Shown here in pieces: positions 11,864 to 26,081 of a stretch of 64,000 nt of DNA (its first letter is position 1; each line of letters begins with the position of its first letter). The translations under genes and the position numbers were made by a program. The stretch is from Paraspadella gotoi (lineage: Eukaryota; Animalia; Chaetognatha), in the NCBI GenBank assembly GCA_051294375.1, contig CM119265.1:19147642-19211641 (forward strand), read 5' to 3'. The notes beneath the pieces were generated by a model, which was given only the letters and a program-made list of their open reading frames with translations, searched no databases and was not told the origin of the DNA.

Positions 11864-14800
11864 TGAGAGAGAAAAGAAGAGGAGAGAGAGAGAGAGAACT
11901 GAGAAATATTCTTTGAAAAACTAAAAAGTTCTATGCTATGGTTTTGACGGGGGTCTGAAACCGTCCTGGGCTGAAGCCAAGCGTCAACTTCCGGCGATCA
12001 GTTCTTCCGTTCCGCCAGTCTCGCCAATTCGCAAGAGCCAGTCTCGATCGCTGGTCTCAGAAAATCGGGCAGTACGTCGCCCAGCCCGACTTCCAGGTTT
12101 GATTGGAAAAAAAAATTTATGATTAAGTAATAACTGGTAATAGTGTTTCTTAGCATGGGAAGTATATTAATTGTTTGATAGCTTACTTGCTGTTGCTTGT
12201 TTGCAATCGGCAATTATCTTATCTCTTTCAAGCCCGATATCGTGGCACGCGTCTCTTTAGTTTGGTCCGCTCCCCTCATGATGTGGTTGTCAGGGCACAT
12301 GGGAGGTCTATGGAGCGTTTATAGGTAACGAAAAAAAATGCCGTCCGCTCCTTTAACCTTTTAGTTTTCAAGCTGCGATTTTGATTGATAATTATCCTAA
12401 TCAGTTTCAGAGTGTCGTAGAACGAAGCGACAACGCCACTTAAACAACGCCTATGGCGCAGCTTCAGTCGGCGCAGGTTTCACATATATCCAAAAAATTC
12501 ATCAGCGAGTTAAATAATAAAAAATATTTAATAAATTAGAACAACGAACTTGATCTTTTGTGTTTTTCCCACCTCGACGCCATTGGACGGCTGGCGAAAG
12601 CCGACAGGAGAAACTTGCGGTAAGGTTGCACGTCGGAGAAATGGTAGACACTGAAGAAACAGTCGACGAGAAGTGGGCGCTGAAGGGAGGAGTTTGAACA
12701 GCGCGTAAGGCCGACATCATGCGATAGATGATGTTGGACAGAGCGGCGCCAACTGGTCAGTAGTAGGACCGATAGAGGCGATTTCGTAGTCTGAATGACT
12801 ATGGCCATATGTTCAGTTTCTTTCAAATTTTTCTGTGTTCTTTTCCTTTCGATCCATTCTTTAGTCTCTCTCGTAAGTCCTTCGTCCGCGCTCGTCCGCT
12901 TGGCCGGTGAAAAAGTCCAGATCCGGGAACAGCTGGTTGAAGATTCTGAGAGGAAGTCAGATGGGAGTTCCTCGGTCGCGATTTTGTCTCGGTCGCCGCC
13001 GCTTCCTTTTCCTACTTGGGGCTTATCCTCTCTAATACAGGCGAGTTTTATTCGGATCGTTGTTTACGGTAGATTTTTATGCAAAGGACAATTAATGATA
13101 ACATATGGAAGTGTTAGTAATTATGAATTTGCCCTTTTTTTACGGGACAACATTCGTGACCACAACATCTGGTTGACCGAGATTTCGTAAGCTCGGACTC
13201 CTCGTGTTCTGCAGGACTTCAGTTTTTCGATTTTTCTTGTCCCGACCTACTCAAGTGCGAGCAATGGAATTAATCCAATGGTACGTTTTTAGATTGATCT
13301 CTCAAACCAGGCTTTTTTATTTCAGACAAAAAATAAACAAAATAACTTTTTTAAAATGTCAGTATTAGTAGGCGTCCAACATTTTATTATTTGCATTGTT
13401 GATCAGGTCTTCGTCTCGACAAATTTTCTCGACGGAGAACGGAGTCATAGTCAACCCGTTTGCACGCGTTGGGCCCGCTTAATGATCGTCTCCGCAGAGT
13501 GAGCTTTCGTGAGAGTAATTGCAGGACCTTCTGTTGCATTTTACACTTTTTGATATGACATAATAGTAATGAGCGGTCTAAATGGAAAAAACTGACCATA
13601 ATCTCTCCAGGTCTCCAAGCGATCAAGTGGAGTCCGAAACATGGATAATCCCAAAATGGATGAAAACCATTCGACCTGCAGCACACAGACTGTCCTCGCT
13701 CCGTGGGAACTGGCCGCTCCAGTTCGGGCCTTCCGCTGCTTCTGCAGGGTTAAATGATAAGATGAAGACAATGAATACGAGGATGACGAGTAATAACTAC
13801 ACAACCCGTCCTTACTTCTGGCAGCTGGCGTGTAATAAAAACCAATTTAAACCACTCCGTTTTCTTTCCCCTCGCTTAAAGTAATATCCAAGAGGAGTTT
13901 GACCCATTCGTGCTGGCTTCGATTCTTGTAACAACGGGCCTTCACTCCCAAAACTGGCGGAAATCTCTCTATGTATCAAATTCTGTGGCGCACAAAGCGT
14001 GGGTAACAACCCAGCTTTCAGGTAAAATATTTAGTCTGGTTTTCGCTCTCATTCGTATATCTTAAACATTATTTTTTATTATGGTTAACCGTTTTTAGCT
14101 GTCTGCTGCTCTCTCTCTCTCTCTCTCCACGACCAAGTTGAGCAATCCTCACTTACATCTCCTGCGAAATTTTCGACAAAAACGGTAACCATCACCGAAA
14201 TTTCGCTGGTCAAGGTAACAGGTAACCATACTAGATTTGTCACATTAGATTTGCGGGAGACAAAACAGAAACTTGCGAAAAAGAAAAATCATAGTTGGAG
14301 GCAAATATGAAAATAATCAAGGCACTTTATCAAACTTTAATGAAATCTCGTATTATCTATCGCTGTGTTTTAAATGAATATTTTTTTCAATTTTAAGGCA
14401 TTCGGCATTGCGCCCTCAATCTGCCCATGTGATCAGGGGCCTCGTCGTTCGACAAGAGTTGCACACGGTTAGTGGAAGAGCAAACAAGCATCGCTCGTCT
14501 CCTCATACATCGCACGGCGGGAAAGGCCAAAGCTGGAGAATATGGAAGGCACGATCCTGTACGTTGTTGAATTGGAAGCGCAGGGATCGCTTCTCGAGGA
14601 CGAACAGCTCCTTCAACTCTGCTCGTTGCACGCGTTATTCCACAATTGTTCATATATTGTCATGAACACATTGCGTGCATGAGTTTCGGTCCTATCTATT
14701 AACTTTTCAACGAACATCACCTCAACCGACATCTATATTTCTTAAATTAACAAGTATTTTTCTCGTCAGGTGTCAAAAACTCGACGTCCATCGAGAAGTC

Positions 14801-17800
14801 GCGGAGCAGAACAACTGCAACAATATGCTGAGCAATTAACAAAACAAAGGGACAATCGGAGAAAAACAATTTGCGCCGCTCGGGAGGGTTACCTGACCTT
14901 CGTGTGCAGCAGGTCAAATATACGAGACGCTGGCTATGGCCGCAATTTTATGCCCTCGAGTAACATTTATTTTTTTTTAAAAACGTGTTTGAGCCAGGTC
15001 AGTAAACAATTGTGGGGGTTATTTTATTTAAATTTTCCCACTCCGGAACCGCTCGCCTCTGTCGCGAACGGATATGTATATAAATTTAATGCAGAGAATG
15101 ACTCAAGTAAATTTTTCTATGAGAGAGGTGACGCGTTGGATCACCATTCTACACTCACCCCTCTTAAACAAATGTCAGCGCGAACGGCCAATCCTTGTTC
15201 TTTTCGTGTTGAAACGATGATCTGACCGACGAGGCGGGCCCGACGGGGACCGGCCCCGGCGGACTCCGACCCGCACGGGTGTCCCCAATTCTCTCTCGGA
15301 CGCTATCGGAGTCGCAATCGTCTTCCTGCCTGCGTCGATCGATAAACTCGCAGGAAGAGGCACGAAACGTCCGACGAGGAGGAAGTCAACACCTCAACGC
15401 GCGTGTGTTTCACACGTTACGCCGTCTACAGGTTGAGATCGGTGCGCTGTAGGAATGGGTAGAAATCTTGTGATTTGGTGGAATGCGGGACAATGCTATG
15501 GTGTAATAGAGCGGGTGGAAAGTCCGTTCGCTTAAAGTTGGCTCAGAGAACGCGACGGTGGCGCGGAGTGTCGTCGGCTAGGAATACAGTGCTTTGTGTA
15601 TGTGGGATATTTCATAGTCTTCTTAGCAGCTTCTCTTTTTCTGGGGTTTAGCTGTTGTCGAAGTTTCCATAGTGCAAAAACACACAAAAAAAAATCAAAA
15701 CAAAAGATGAATAAACTTTTTTTCACAAAAAAATAGAAAATTATAAAACAAAATCTATCCTTTTTTTTAGTTTTAGCACATGACTATCTAAATATAAGTA
15801 TTTAAGTCTAAAAACACGGCCTCATCATAAAAAAGAAATATATTTGTCTTGTGCTTTTACAATTCCAATGGAACTTCTCCAGTTTTAATTAGATAGACAC
15901 AATGTGCGCGATTAAGTAGGGGGTTCAAGTTTTCTCTTTTATTAGATATGAACAGAATCGTGTGACTTACCATTGTTAACATTTATTTCGGATAAAGAGT
16001 GATTTATTTGACAGTGCTTTATCGATAATATATTTTCGAGTTTTTTTGTAAATTATTTGTCATAATCAGTAAGTTGTATTATTGATTTCGATAGAGATTG
16101 AAGAACATCACGACAAATATTAGATAAAGTTCGTATTGCGGAAATTTTTATTAAAGAAGGTTCATGTGGCCCCGGCGGGCCCCTCTCCTGCCACATCTTT
16201 ACAGAAGGGTAACTATGCCGCGGGCTGTTTCGCAGGTCTCACAAACGTCCTCGTCAGACCTCTCATGTAGTTGCAAGATCCTTCGAGTCTTCGGGGAAGC
16301 TCAATTCGAGGAATACAACTTCATTCTCGAAAGGCAGGCGTCGTGATGCCGAATACACGAGGGGCATGTACATGGAACAAATTCCTTGCCAAGTTGGATG
16401 TTACTGTTTCATACAACCTTTCTATGGGAACTTATAATCGCCGGCTTATCGTTTAGTTTGATATTTGATTTAAGGTAAATAGATGGTGATTGAATTATAT
16501 ATTTCGGTGCTTATTTATTTCATCATTCACTCAACATCCTCTAGTGTCATCTCAGTTCATATTCTTACATTAATAGTATCATTTGTATACGTCTGATTAA
16601 ATTGTTTGAAGTAATTATTCCATTCATTCACTTCCATTTCATTTTTATTCCGTGTCAATGTATTGTATATAATTTAGGTGGTTTAGTGTGTGATTGTGGT
16701 TGGTCCTCGAACCTCGTACCGCTTAATCTGCAGCTCAAGACTTCCACGGCCTCGTCGCCTCCTTCGAGCAAATCACCCCCCAGCTGACATTGGGAATCTC
16801 AAACTCGGTACACCTCAGAGGACGCCCGAATCTGTGGACGTCCTCGTGCTCGAGTGAGTGTGGTGTGACAACGCACTTGCACGGAGCTCCATGTACGTGC
16901 ATTGTCTGGCGTCCTCGCTCTCTCATTCTCTGCGCTGGGATCGCGTCACCCTTTTCTGTTTCGCACAGCTTTTAATCATAATCACACACTTCCCTGCGCC
17001 ATCGCAAGTCGTGCGCAACCCGTCCTTTAAGTAGCTCTCGGACATGCAGGTTCTCTCTCAGTCCGTGAATCATTTTCCACTTTTTTGAATATATTTATTT
17101 TATTGGGTTTATTCTTTAGCACAACGCTAATACTCAAGTAGATGATTTCTGTATTCTGTTTTTCGGCGCTGCCGACGCAACAAGGTTTTATCTTACTCGA
17201 AAAACGTGTTTGGATACGTGATCTATAAACATCAGCGCGCCAACTTAAGGTGACTGGTGTCTTTGTTAAGTTCGGTCCTTCTAATTTAGAGAACTAATTC
17301 TTTTCATAGTATATGATGCCCAATTCTTTTTTCTCCCATCATGGCCTGAACCTTTTGTTCCTGCTTTACATAAAACACCGTTTTCAAACAATTGTTTACA
17401 CCTTCATCATACAGCTGAAGATTATATAATACAGTTAAAGGTTTTTTTTGTCACAATATCTTCTCTCTTCCACTGGATTGACCTGCATAAGGTTCCTTTT
17501 TTGTATGCTATGTTCTTTTAGGTCCCTTGTCCTTCCAAAACTTCCCATTGCATGGCTCTCTTCCAAATTTTCAGGCATTCCCCACATTTAGATATCGGTC
17601 AATATCTTTTTTGTTAAAGGTTTAGTAAAAAAAACAAGCGGGGAACTCATACATACTTGTCTGAGAATGAAGGCAAGTATAAAATAAATATAGAAGACTA
17701 TAGAAAAAACCTCGAAAGAGAGTCTAAAAAATCCCCAGTGTCTCAAGAGGATGTGGTCAGGAGTTGGAGACAATCGACAACACTCATACTGGAAGATTTA

Positions 17801-17810
17801 ATGTTCTGCA

Positions 17811-19147
17811 GGGATTTCGATTTTTGATTATTTTGCCAAACAAAAAACGAACACCGCAAGTAAGACAAAAAAAAAAGTCCAAAATGGCGGGTGCGAATAA
17901 ATATAAAGTAAAAAATGTTTGCGTCTTATGATCACTCTAAGTTATTGAGAAAAAATGAGTTTAAATCCGCCAGGTGATTTACCATAGTTTACGCCGTATA
18001 ATCCACGAGGTCAGAAAACCTGCGGGTAAAACCAGAAATACGACAGCGCTCCGCGGTGTCATCCGGCGGCCCTGACGGTAGAGATTTGCTTGTTAAAAAA
18101 CTGAACTGGTTCAAAAAAGGTTTTAAGAAAAACAAGGTTAGCGTAAAAAATGGAAAGAATGACAACATTGTTTTTTTTTTCTCAAATATTATCTGAATGT
18201 TACCGAAAATTAAGAGATTTTTGTGACTACCCATGTTACTCCTGGACTTTCACTACTCTAGAGCTCGTGCTTTATGTTGCGTTCATATTTTGCTTTCACA
18301 ACTTTACTCCGTGTTTATTTCGACTTTCTACATCCCAAGACTCTTGTTCATTTTCCCTACCTTCATTTGTTCGTCCGGCAAAAGTATCAGTGCAGTTACA
18401 GTCGACATTACTCAAGTCATCCAATGCTGGCCGAAGGCATTACTCCAGTCCAACTTCCCCACTCCCTTTCAATATCAGTACATTTTCATAGACCATCTCT
18501 TTACTCCGATCTCTCCCTATTACCTCACCTCGCCTGCCCTTCTCTCGCGCCATCTCAGTCATCACCATTATGTAGCCTTCCTTTCGAGAGACCCGCCCTG
18601 TCTTTTCTTCTGCCTTTTTCGGCGGTCTTCGCTTTTTCTCTGAAAGAAGAAGAAGATTCACGTTTTCATCTCTTTTTTCGGCAAGGCGTGTTCCACAGGA
18701 TTGGCGTCTCTCTCGTCTCTCTTGCTCTCTGCTCTCTTCTCTCTCTCTCCTCTCTCTCTCTCTCTCATCTCCCTTCTTCCTCATCTCTCTCTCTCTCTCT
18801 TCTCTTTCTCTCTCTCTCCTTTCTGCGTCACCCGATTAGGCGCGCACACGCGCAACGCAATTCCCACAAGTCAGCGAAAAGAGAAAAGAAAAATCGACGT
18901 CGTGTTTCAACGAAATGATGATTTTTTAGCTAAATTTTCGAGGCAAGTAGTAAATATAGTGATTAGCGAAAGAGAAGATTGATAAAATCAAAAATCGTCT
19001 TCTTCTTTTTTGCAGCACGTAAAAAACTCTGATTGCCTCAAGAGAAGTATTTTCAATACTTGAAACAAGCGTCTCTCACGCTCCTGCACCTAATTTGGCG
19101 CCAATCTCTCTCTCTCTCTCGTCTCTCTCTCTCTCGTCGTCTCTCTC
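17811..19147 (+). repeat. Insertion-rich direct copy of 10562-11582 (probable assembly artefact)
   Basis: Collinear shared strings (gggatttcgatttt, ccctgacgg, ttgcgttcatatt, cttccccactccctttcaa, gcaacgcaattccc, caacgaaatgatg, ttagcgaaagagaagattg, ttggcgccaatctctc). The copy is longer because of scattered short insertions and ends at a 25-N gap. Confidence 0.9.
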
Positions 19148-19172
19148 NNNNNNNNNNNNNNNNNNNNNNNNN
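19148..19172. other. Exact 25-N gap (gap-filler placeholder)
   Basis: 25 Ns counted; terminates the noisy duplicated block. Confidence 0.9.
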
Positions 19173-19365
19173 GAGACTTAAGATCCAACCAGGGCCTCGT
19201 GATTTAGGCGGGAAATGAGCAAAGGGCGCGAAAAGAGAGGAACGGACAAGCGACGGGTGCCCGTCGATTCGTCGTTTAAAAGGGGCGTCGCCAATGGGAA
19301 GAGGATAATGATCGCGCGGTCCGTACGTCGTCGTTGTCAGTATCGTCCATAATCAACTTAATCAT

Positions 19366-19367
19366 CG

Positions 19368-19407
<40 letters not shown>

Positions 19408-19443
19408 GTTTCTCGGGTTTTCCGTCGTCGTCGTCGTCGTCGT
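19366..19443. repeat. (GTC)n microsatellite, two runs
   Basis: Direct reading. Confidence 0.93.
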
Positions 19444-22400
19444 TGGCATCAAGAAAGATTTCGAGAGGTTCGTCGTTCACTCGACAAAAATATCGAGTAA
19501 GATGTTTGAGGATAAAACCAACTACTAATCGGGATCAAACCTCAAAGCCACCGAGAAGCCTTTTGTAACAAATCTAAATTTCTAACTCCTTTTCTTTATC
19601 AAAGAAAACATTTTGATTTTGATCGATTTTGATCGATTGAATTAGAAAATCCATTCATCCATCCATCCATCTACTTTACTAAAAATTCCATACTCGACTT
19701 TAGAGTCTAATGAAAAATCAATGGCGAAATAAATCCTTTGATTTATAATAATACTTTACGGTGTTTTCGGCTAGAAGAAAGCATCGAGAAAGCGAAGAGA
19801 ACGGGTAGGACAGGTGAGTAAAGGTCACCTCAGTTGACAAAAAAAATATTGACTCGACTCGAGTTAACTCGGGCTCTTTCCCGCCCGCGCCGATCTCAGC
19901 TTACACCTTACGCTGCTCCGATATCATGCGAGGCGAGGACCGCGCCGGATCTCGAATGACGCCGGCAATAACGCCGGATTTCGAAAGATGCCGTGGGCGT
20001 TGAAATCGAGATGAAGGATGTTTCGACGCCCACGCGGAATCTGAGACGAAGAAGTCGTCGTTGAGGTCGACGACGACGACAAAATATGTACGAAGCGTGT
20101 CAGGATTCTAATTCGCAAAAATTAGCCGAGAATATTATAAATTACACATTTGAAAAAAGATATAACGTCATTTGTAGCGTCTAATGTTGCGAATTTCTGT
20201 TTGACTTTTAGTTTCTAGCATTAGAGACATTTCTATTTTTCCGTCCAACGTTCAGTATTCAGCTGGGTATTAAATTATGATAACCCACTAATAGAATAGC
20301 TTAATTGTATAAGCCGACAAATAGTAATGGAGCAATAGCCGGACTTGCCGGAGCTAGAGCATATTTGGAGCAATTTCGTCGTTTTCGGTCTCCTTCAAAA
20401 AATATTGTCGAGTCTGCCCGACGTCGACCGAACTGTCACCCGGTTTTCTTCGAAACAAAGATATTTCATTTATATTTCCAGAGTAGAATGTAATATTTAA
20501 TTTTTTTCAGTCATATATTTTTTAAAAATATTTTTTGAACAGAAGGAGAGTAATTTATTTTGTAACGTTTTCTGGTTCGAAATTGAAATAAAACAAAATA
20601 CTACAATATGCAAATCGTTTTAAAGGCAACTAACTATCGAACATTGAAGTAACGTCAAGAACGTTAAACAAGCAATACGTAAACAAAATATTTAGTTAAG
20701 TGATATACTTCTTAAAATATGTTAATATCAAATAAAAAAAAATACGTATCACGTGACTCCAAGAGGAGGAGGAAGAGAGTTAAAGGCGGTATCAACGGGT
20801 GAGAAACCCTTTCTCATTAAGATGTCGTTTTGTTTTTAAAAGAAAAGGGGGCTGAAGGTTGCTCAGATAAAGACCAATAAAAGAAAAGAACAAAAAGGAA
20901 GGACCAATGAGAAAAAAGATAGAAGAAGGCTTGGATTTCTAACGTTTCCTTTAATCAGAAACCGCAAAGGAAATAACGAAATCGCTTCATTGGTTTCACT
21001 CGCGAATCTTTTTTGGTCTGATTTCCGACGAACGATTACATAACAAAATAATTATGAAAGGCTGTCTCGAAGAAAAACCAAATCGAGAGTAGAGATAAAG
21101 AGATTGAGAAAGATTACGCGTTAATTGTGCACTAATACGAATGTTTGAAAAAAAAAAAGATCACAAGGCGAAACCCAAAACGGTTCGACCTCAAGGGCTA
21201 CGACCGATGTCTGATTCGGCCCCAAATTTTCACATCCATGGTGCCGGCGTGCCATGACGAGCGAGATCCACGAGATCAGGCGACTCTGAATTCTCACCAT
21301 CATTAACCTTTAATCCGAGACAAATCCGAATCTCGCCTTCCTCTCGATCCGTCTCTCCTCCTCTTTGCAGCCCTTTTTGCCCCCAAACGTTTTCTATTTT
21401 CTTTCTCTCCTTTATTTTTTTCCTTTTCATGTGCCTTTTTCTTTTCCTCTTCCCTGCTTTTCTATTTCCGGATTTTTTCCACCAGTCTTCACCAGATGAC
21501 CCTATACTTTCCTTTTTTCCCATTTTCCGCACCCTATCCTATCTTTCTCACCCTCCCTCCTCCCGCCTCTCGCCTCCCACCTCATTTTTCTACCCACCCT
21601 CTCGTGTTTTTTTTTTTTGCCCAGCGTCATTGCCCTTCGATTTTTCACTAATTATCCTCACCCCGCCCCCGGTGAACTTTTCGCGTAAAGCGCCCCAGCC
21701 TCTCCGTTCACGATGCCCAAGGAACTTAGCCACCGAGATCACCCTTCATCATCATACCCTCGCGTCGAACCAGCTTTCCAAAAGAACTACTCACCTTTTT
21801 TCTTTTGTCGGCCCGTCTCTCGTTTTCTCTCGAAATTGTTTTGCTTCACTTACCATCTTCAGTCTCCATCACTCTAGACTCCATCCCATATTCGGCACCA
21901 TAACCGCTTCTAAAACTTCTCCTAAAGACTGAGGGAAAAAAAACTAACTCCCCACCCAAGAGTAGATCCCGAACTGTGAGCAGTATCCAAAGATTTTTCT
22001 GGCTAGACAAATCTCTCTCTCTCTCTCTCTTCTCGCTCCTCTCCTCTCTCTTCTCTCTCTCTCTCTCTCCTTCTCTCTCTCTTCTCTCTCTCTATCTCTC
22101 CTCAGATGTCGAGTCAGCAACTTTGGGAGTTTGAGACTCGCAAAAAAGCCGAGTTTTTTTTCTTTTGTTCCCCTTCTTCTCCCTTCTTTTTTGTTTCTGG
22201 TGATCTGTTTTGTCAATTAATGTTTTGCCCAAACGTCTGCTTATCAGCTTTTCTTTCTTTTTCTCTTTCAAATCGAGCGGCGAGAAGTCTCGGCTCAAGA
22301 TCATAAAGATTTCGCCTCAATGAGATCCGGACGGTCGTTCGCAATTTGGTCTTTCAGTTTTTAAGACTTTTTTTTTTAATCAAAATTATAGTCGGTTTTG

Positions 22401-23165
22401 TCTTGTTATTTCTTTACTTCTTTCATATTTTCGTTCTGAATCGTACTTTTTTTTCATTCTATCCATGACGATATTTCAGGCGAAGTTTTCCTAACAAGAA
22501 GATTCGACTTTTCTTCCAAAACCACATTCGAATTCCCGGCATAAAAGCGACGTTGGACTGTGAGCTTGAGGTCGCGGTGGTTGGGCGTGACCGAGGGTGG
22601 CGCAGTTTTCCGGTATGGGCGTCGACTGCGGAGGGAGGCACCTCCCTCTTCTTCTTTTTTTTTTTTTTTTGGTTCCGGAGAAAGACGACTCCCAAAGAAT
22701 TTCCTTTACGAGGCCTTCACCCAGCCTTTATTACCTCATCCGAATTTCCTCTCCCCCCGACGCCCCTACTCGTTCTTCGTGCACCTTCATTGCATCTTCG
22801 ATCTCCCTGCCCTTGTCGTTACGCTTTTTATCTTTTCTCACCACCTGTGCGTCTGTCTCTGCATCCGCTTTTTTTTTTAAGCAGGGACACTAGTTAATAT
22901 TGTAGAAATCTTAATTTACTGTATCTTAATCATTTTCTCACATCTTGTAAGAGGTTTTCTATTAAAAAATAATCTAAAACTTTTAAAAATCTACCTAAAA
23001 TGTTCATAAAAATTTAAACAATTTTTTTTCTTCGGTAAAGCTAGATTTTCAAGAGAAAATTATTTTTTTAAATGTAGCTAAATTTCTACAACCAAATTTT
23101 TAACTTAAAACTGATTCTTTACAGTAAGCTCAATTTCTACTTCTTATATTTAATTCTTCCTTTGG

Positions 23166-23189
23166 TACAACTCCATACTTGGAGTTGTA
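23166..23189. repeat. Perfect 10-bp inverted repeat with 4-nt loop
   Basis: tacaactcca tact tggagttgta. Confidence 0.85.
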
Positions 23190-25622
23190 TCACTAATAAA
23201 TCTAAAAAAACTACTCTACACATTTTTCAGATGGGTTTTATGCTTTTATGAGTTTCATGAGTTAAAACTTATCGAATTTATTTCAATTTGACTTTTTACT
23301 TTATGTAAATGTTTATATCATAAAATAGTTGCCCTATTTTTAGGATCTCTGAAAAAAAAAATCAAATCTGAATTTAAAAAAATTAAAAACAGTAAGCCAT
23401 TTTTTAAGACATCGGCGCTGAACAAATCCATCATCACATCCGTGCTTGTGTAAGTTGTGGTGAATCTTGCAAAGTAATGAGTACAGAATTTAACTTTTTG
23501 ACGAAGTGAAGAGTGAAACGAAGAGTTGCAGCTCAAACCACAGGACTCTTCTTGAAGAAAAAATATCTTGGGCAAGAAAGGAAAGTGGGGGGAGATTCTT
23601 TGAGCGCGTTTTTTGAAAAATGTTTTTCGTTTCAAAGATATCAAGAATTTATCCCAAAAATTGACTTAAATAATCAAATTTTCTATGAAGGAAGGCAAAT
23701 TTGAAAGTATCTTTTCATAGAATGGAGTTCGTGACCTACAAGTAATCCATGCCAAATTTCATGAGAAACCGCATTACGTTTGGGCTGCAACTCTTCAAAT
23801 AGGTTTCTTTTATTTTATATAGTACCAAAAAAATCGAAAAAACGATAACGCCTTTGAAAAAATAGTAAAGTGAATACATTTTCGGAATCGTCAGGAGCTC
23901 TCCTTTCGAATCCGAGCTCGTGTTTTTGTCCAAGTATAATTTGAATTGAGTGATCCCGGACCTTAAAAATAGTAATTTCATAATCCACTCACTGGTTCCT
24001 TCACTTTTAAGAAAAATCTTTCTTCCCGACAATTCCGTCATTCGACTTCACCGTTCTACAATGTCCGCCCCCTGATCGCCTCATCCTTCCACCCTCCACC
24101 CCTCCCCCGCCGCCCTTATCTCCTCAAAGGTCCCGACTCCTCGATTCCGCGTCCGGGTTTTTACGAGACTTGGGGGTTTTCACGACGGAGGCGGCCCAAC
24201 CGAGAAGACAACGGGGGTCAAGGGTCATAGGGAGAGAGAGAGGGGGGTGTGGGTAAAGGTTTCATCTGCGAAGGGGATTGGTGTATTGGACGAGTAGGGG
24301 AAGCTCGTTGCCCCTGGCAAGGAGATCGTCCATTCAGAACAACAAGGAAAGGTAAGTAATTTTTTTTCGTTATTTATGAAACTTTTGGCCAGACTTGCCC
24401 TAATTTATAGTGGCGGTTTGAAGTTTTTCGGTATTTAACTTTTTCTAGAATTAACTCATTGGTTTGAATAAGATTTATACTCTTTGGCGATGAGAATTTT
24501 TTTTAACAACGAATATTCAGTTTTTTTTATTAATTCCAGTTTAACATTGGACATAAACTAAAACTAAAATATTTAGATTTTTTCTTCCATTTCCAAAATG
24601 GATAAAAATATTTCAGAAAAAATCGAGGCCCAACGAATTCCGCTTCTTCGACTTTTCTCTCGCTTCTCTTCGCTTCTCTCCGCTTCTCTCCGCTTCTCTC
24701 GACTTTCTTTCTCTTTTCGCCAACAATTTTACGATTTTGTTTCCATCGACCAAAAAAAAAGCGAATCACAAAAGCGAAAAGAGCATCTAAATTTCGAGGA
24801 GAGAGAGAGGGGGAGAGAGTGAGAGAGACGGGCCAGAGGAAGCGATCAAGGGGGGCATGGTTGATATCAGACGTGGCTGTGTTAGAACGATATTATGGGA
24901 GCAAACAAGAGAATGTTTAATCTAACATTTCCAAATTTTTGGGATATTCTGTGGTGGTCTATTCTCACCACCTCACGTCCACGATCGTTCAGCCCCGTCC
25001 CAATGGGCATCACAGGCAATTTTGGGAAAACCCAATTGATCATTAACTGACCATAGTATAACATTAGAGTGGGAGTATTTTATTTCAAGAATACAGATAT
25101 CGTGGGGCGACGAAAACCATATAGAGACCCTCCGTCCCTCAACGTCTAAACGCGAAACATTAACGAGTTCAACGCCGATTTTTGTTCGACCAGAATTTTT
25201 TTTTCCCTCGCAAATATTTATTGATCATCGTTATTTCATTGTTAGGTTTTTCTAACAAAGAGCCGAGGAAAGAGGAATAGAATATAAAAAAAAAAAAAGA
25301 TCAAAAATTCTTTCGCCCCCCCCCGGCACAAAAAAATTTGGGGTTCGGTGTTTGACCGATCTTCATCTCACAAAGCCCCACCCACTACTATCGTTTCTAT
25401 CTTCCAGTGCCTCCTGATTCCCTGAAGCCAAAAACTTCTTTTTTTCCTTCTTCAACCTCCACACCTCCACCCCCACCCTCCACACCTCCAACCAACATCC
25501 CCTTATCCAACTCTGATACAGCCATACATCCCACCACCACCCACTTTCATTTTCCCTTCCTACCCCCTTTTTCTCCTCCCCCCTTCCCTTTTGTTCCCAT
25601 GAACTTGGAATGGGTTCTTTCG

Positions 25623-25661
25623 CGCGTCTATGGGTTCCATGGAACGGGGCCCATGGGCGCG
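25623..25661 (+). other. 16-bp stem-loop with four G-U pairs and a 7-nt loop
   Basis: cgcgtctatgggttcc / atggaac / ggggcccatgggcgcg: all 16 positions pair on the plus strand when G-U is allowed. Confidence 0.5.
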
Positions 25662-26081
25662 GGTTGATCCGGCGAGATCGCCGAGCCACGCCCATTTCAA
25701 TGATACAAACCCCATACGCGAGGGTCACCGTTTTCGAACTCCAGACGACCGCGGCTCGGAAAAATGTTACAAAATTATTTATTTTTTCTTAGATGTTAAA
25801 GATAAATATTTGTTAAATATTTTTGTGTTAAATATTTAGTTGTCTTCTGGATATTAGTGGTCAATTTAAATTTAAGAAATTCTTCAAAAAATTATATAAT
25901 AAAATTTTAATACGTATATATATACATATGTCAAATCAGTTTTGAAAACTGTAATTTCTGATTTACAAAAAAAATCCTCTTTTAAAGCTGAGTTGTCTGC
26001 TCTCAATCTTTCTAGATCTTAAGTAATATTTTCACGTTTATATTGTGTAATTTTTCTCTCTTTTCGTTGTTTAATAAGATA

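Noticed and set aside
11900-17400. Microsatellite-poor block as a transposon or viral insertion
   Set aside because: No terminal repeats, no RT/integrase/transposase motifs, and only short ORFs; continuous with an error-rich duplicate ending at a 25-N gap.
24300-24322. GAAGCTCGT matching the 5' end of miR-993
   Set aside because: Only 9 nt match, the rest diverges, and there is no convincing precursor hairpin.
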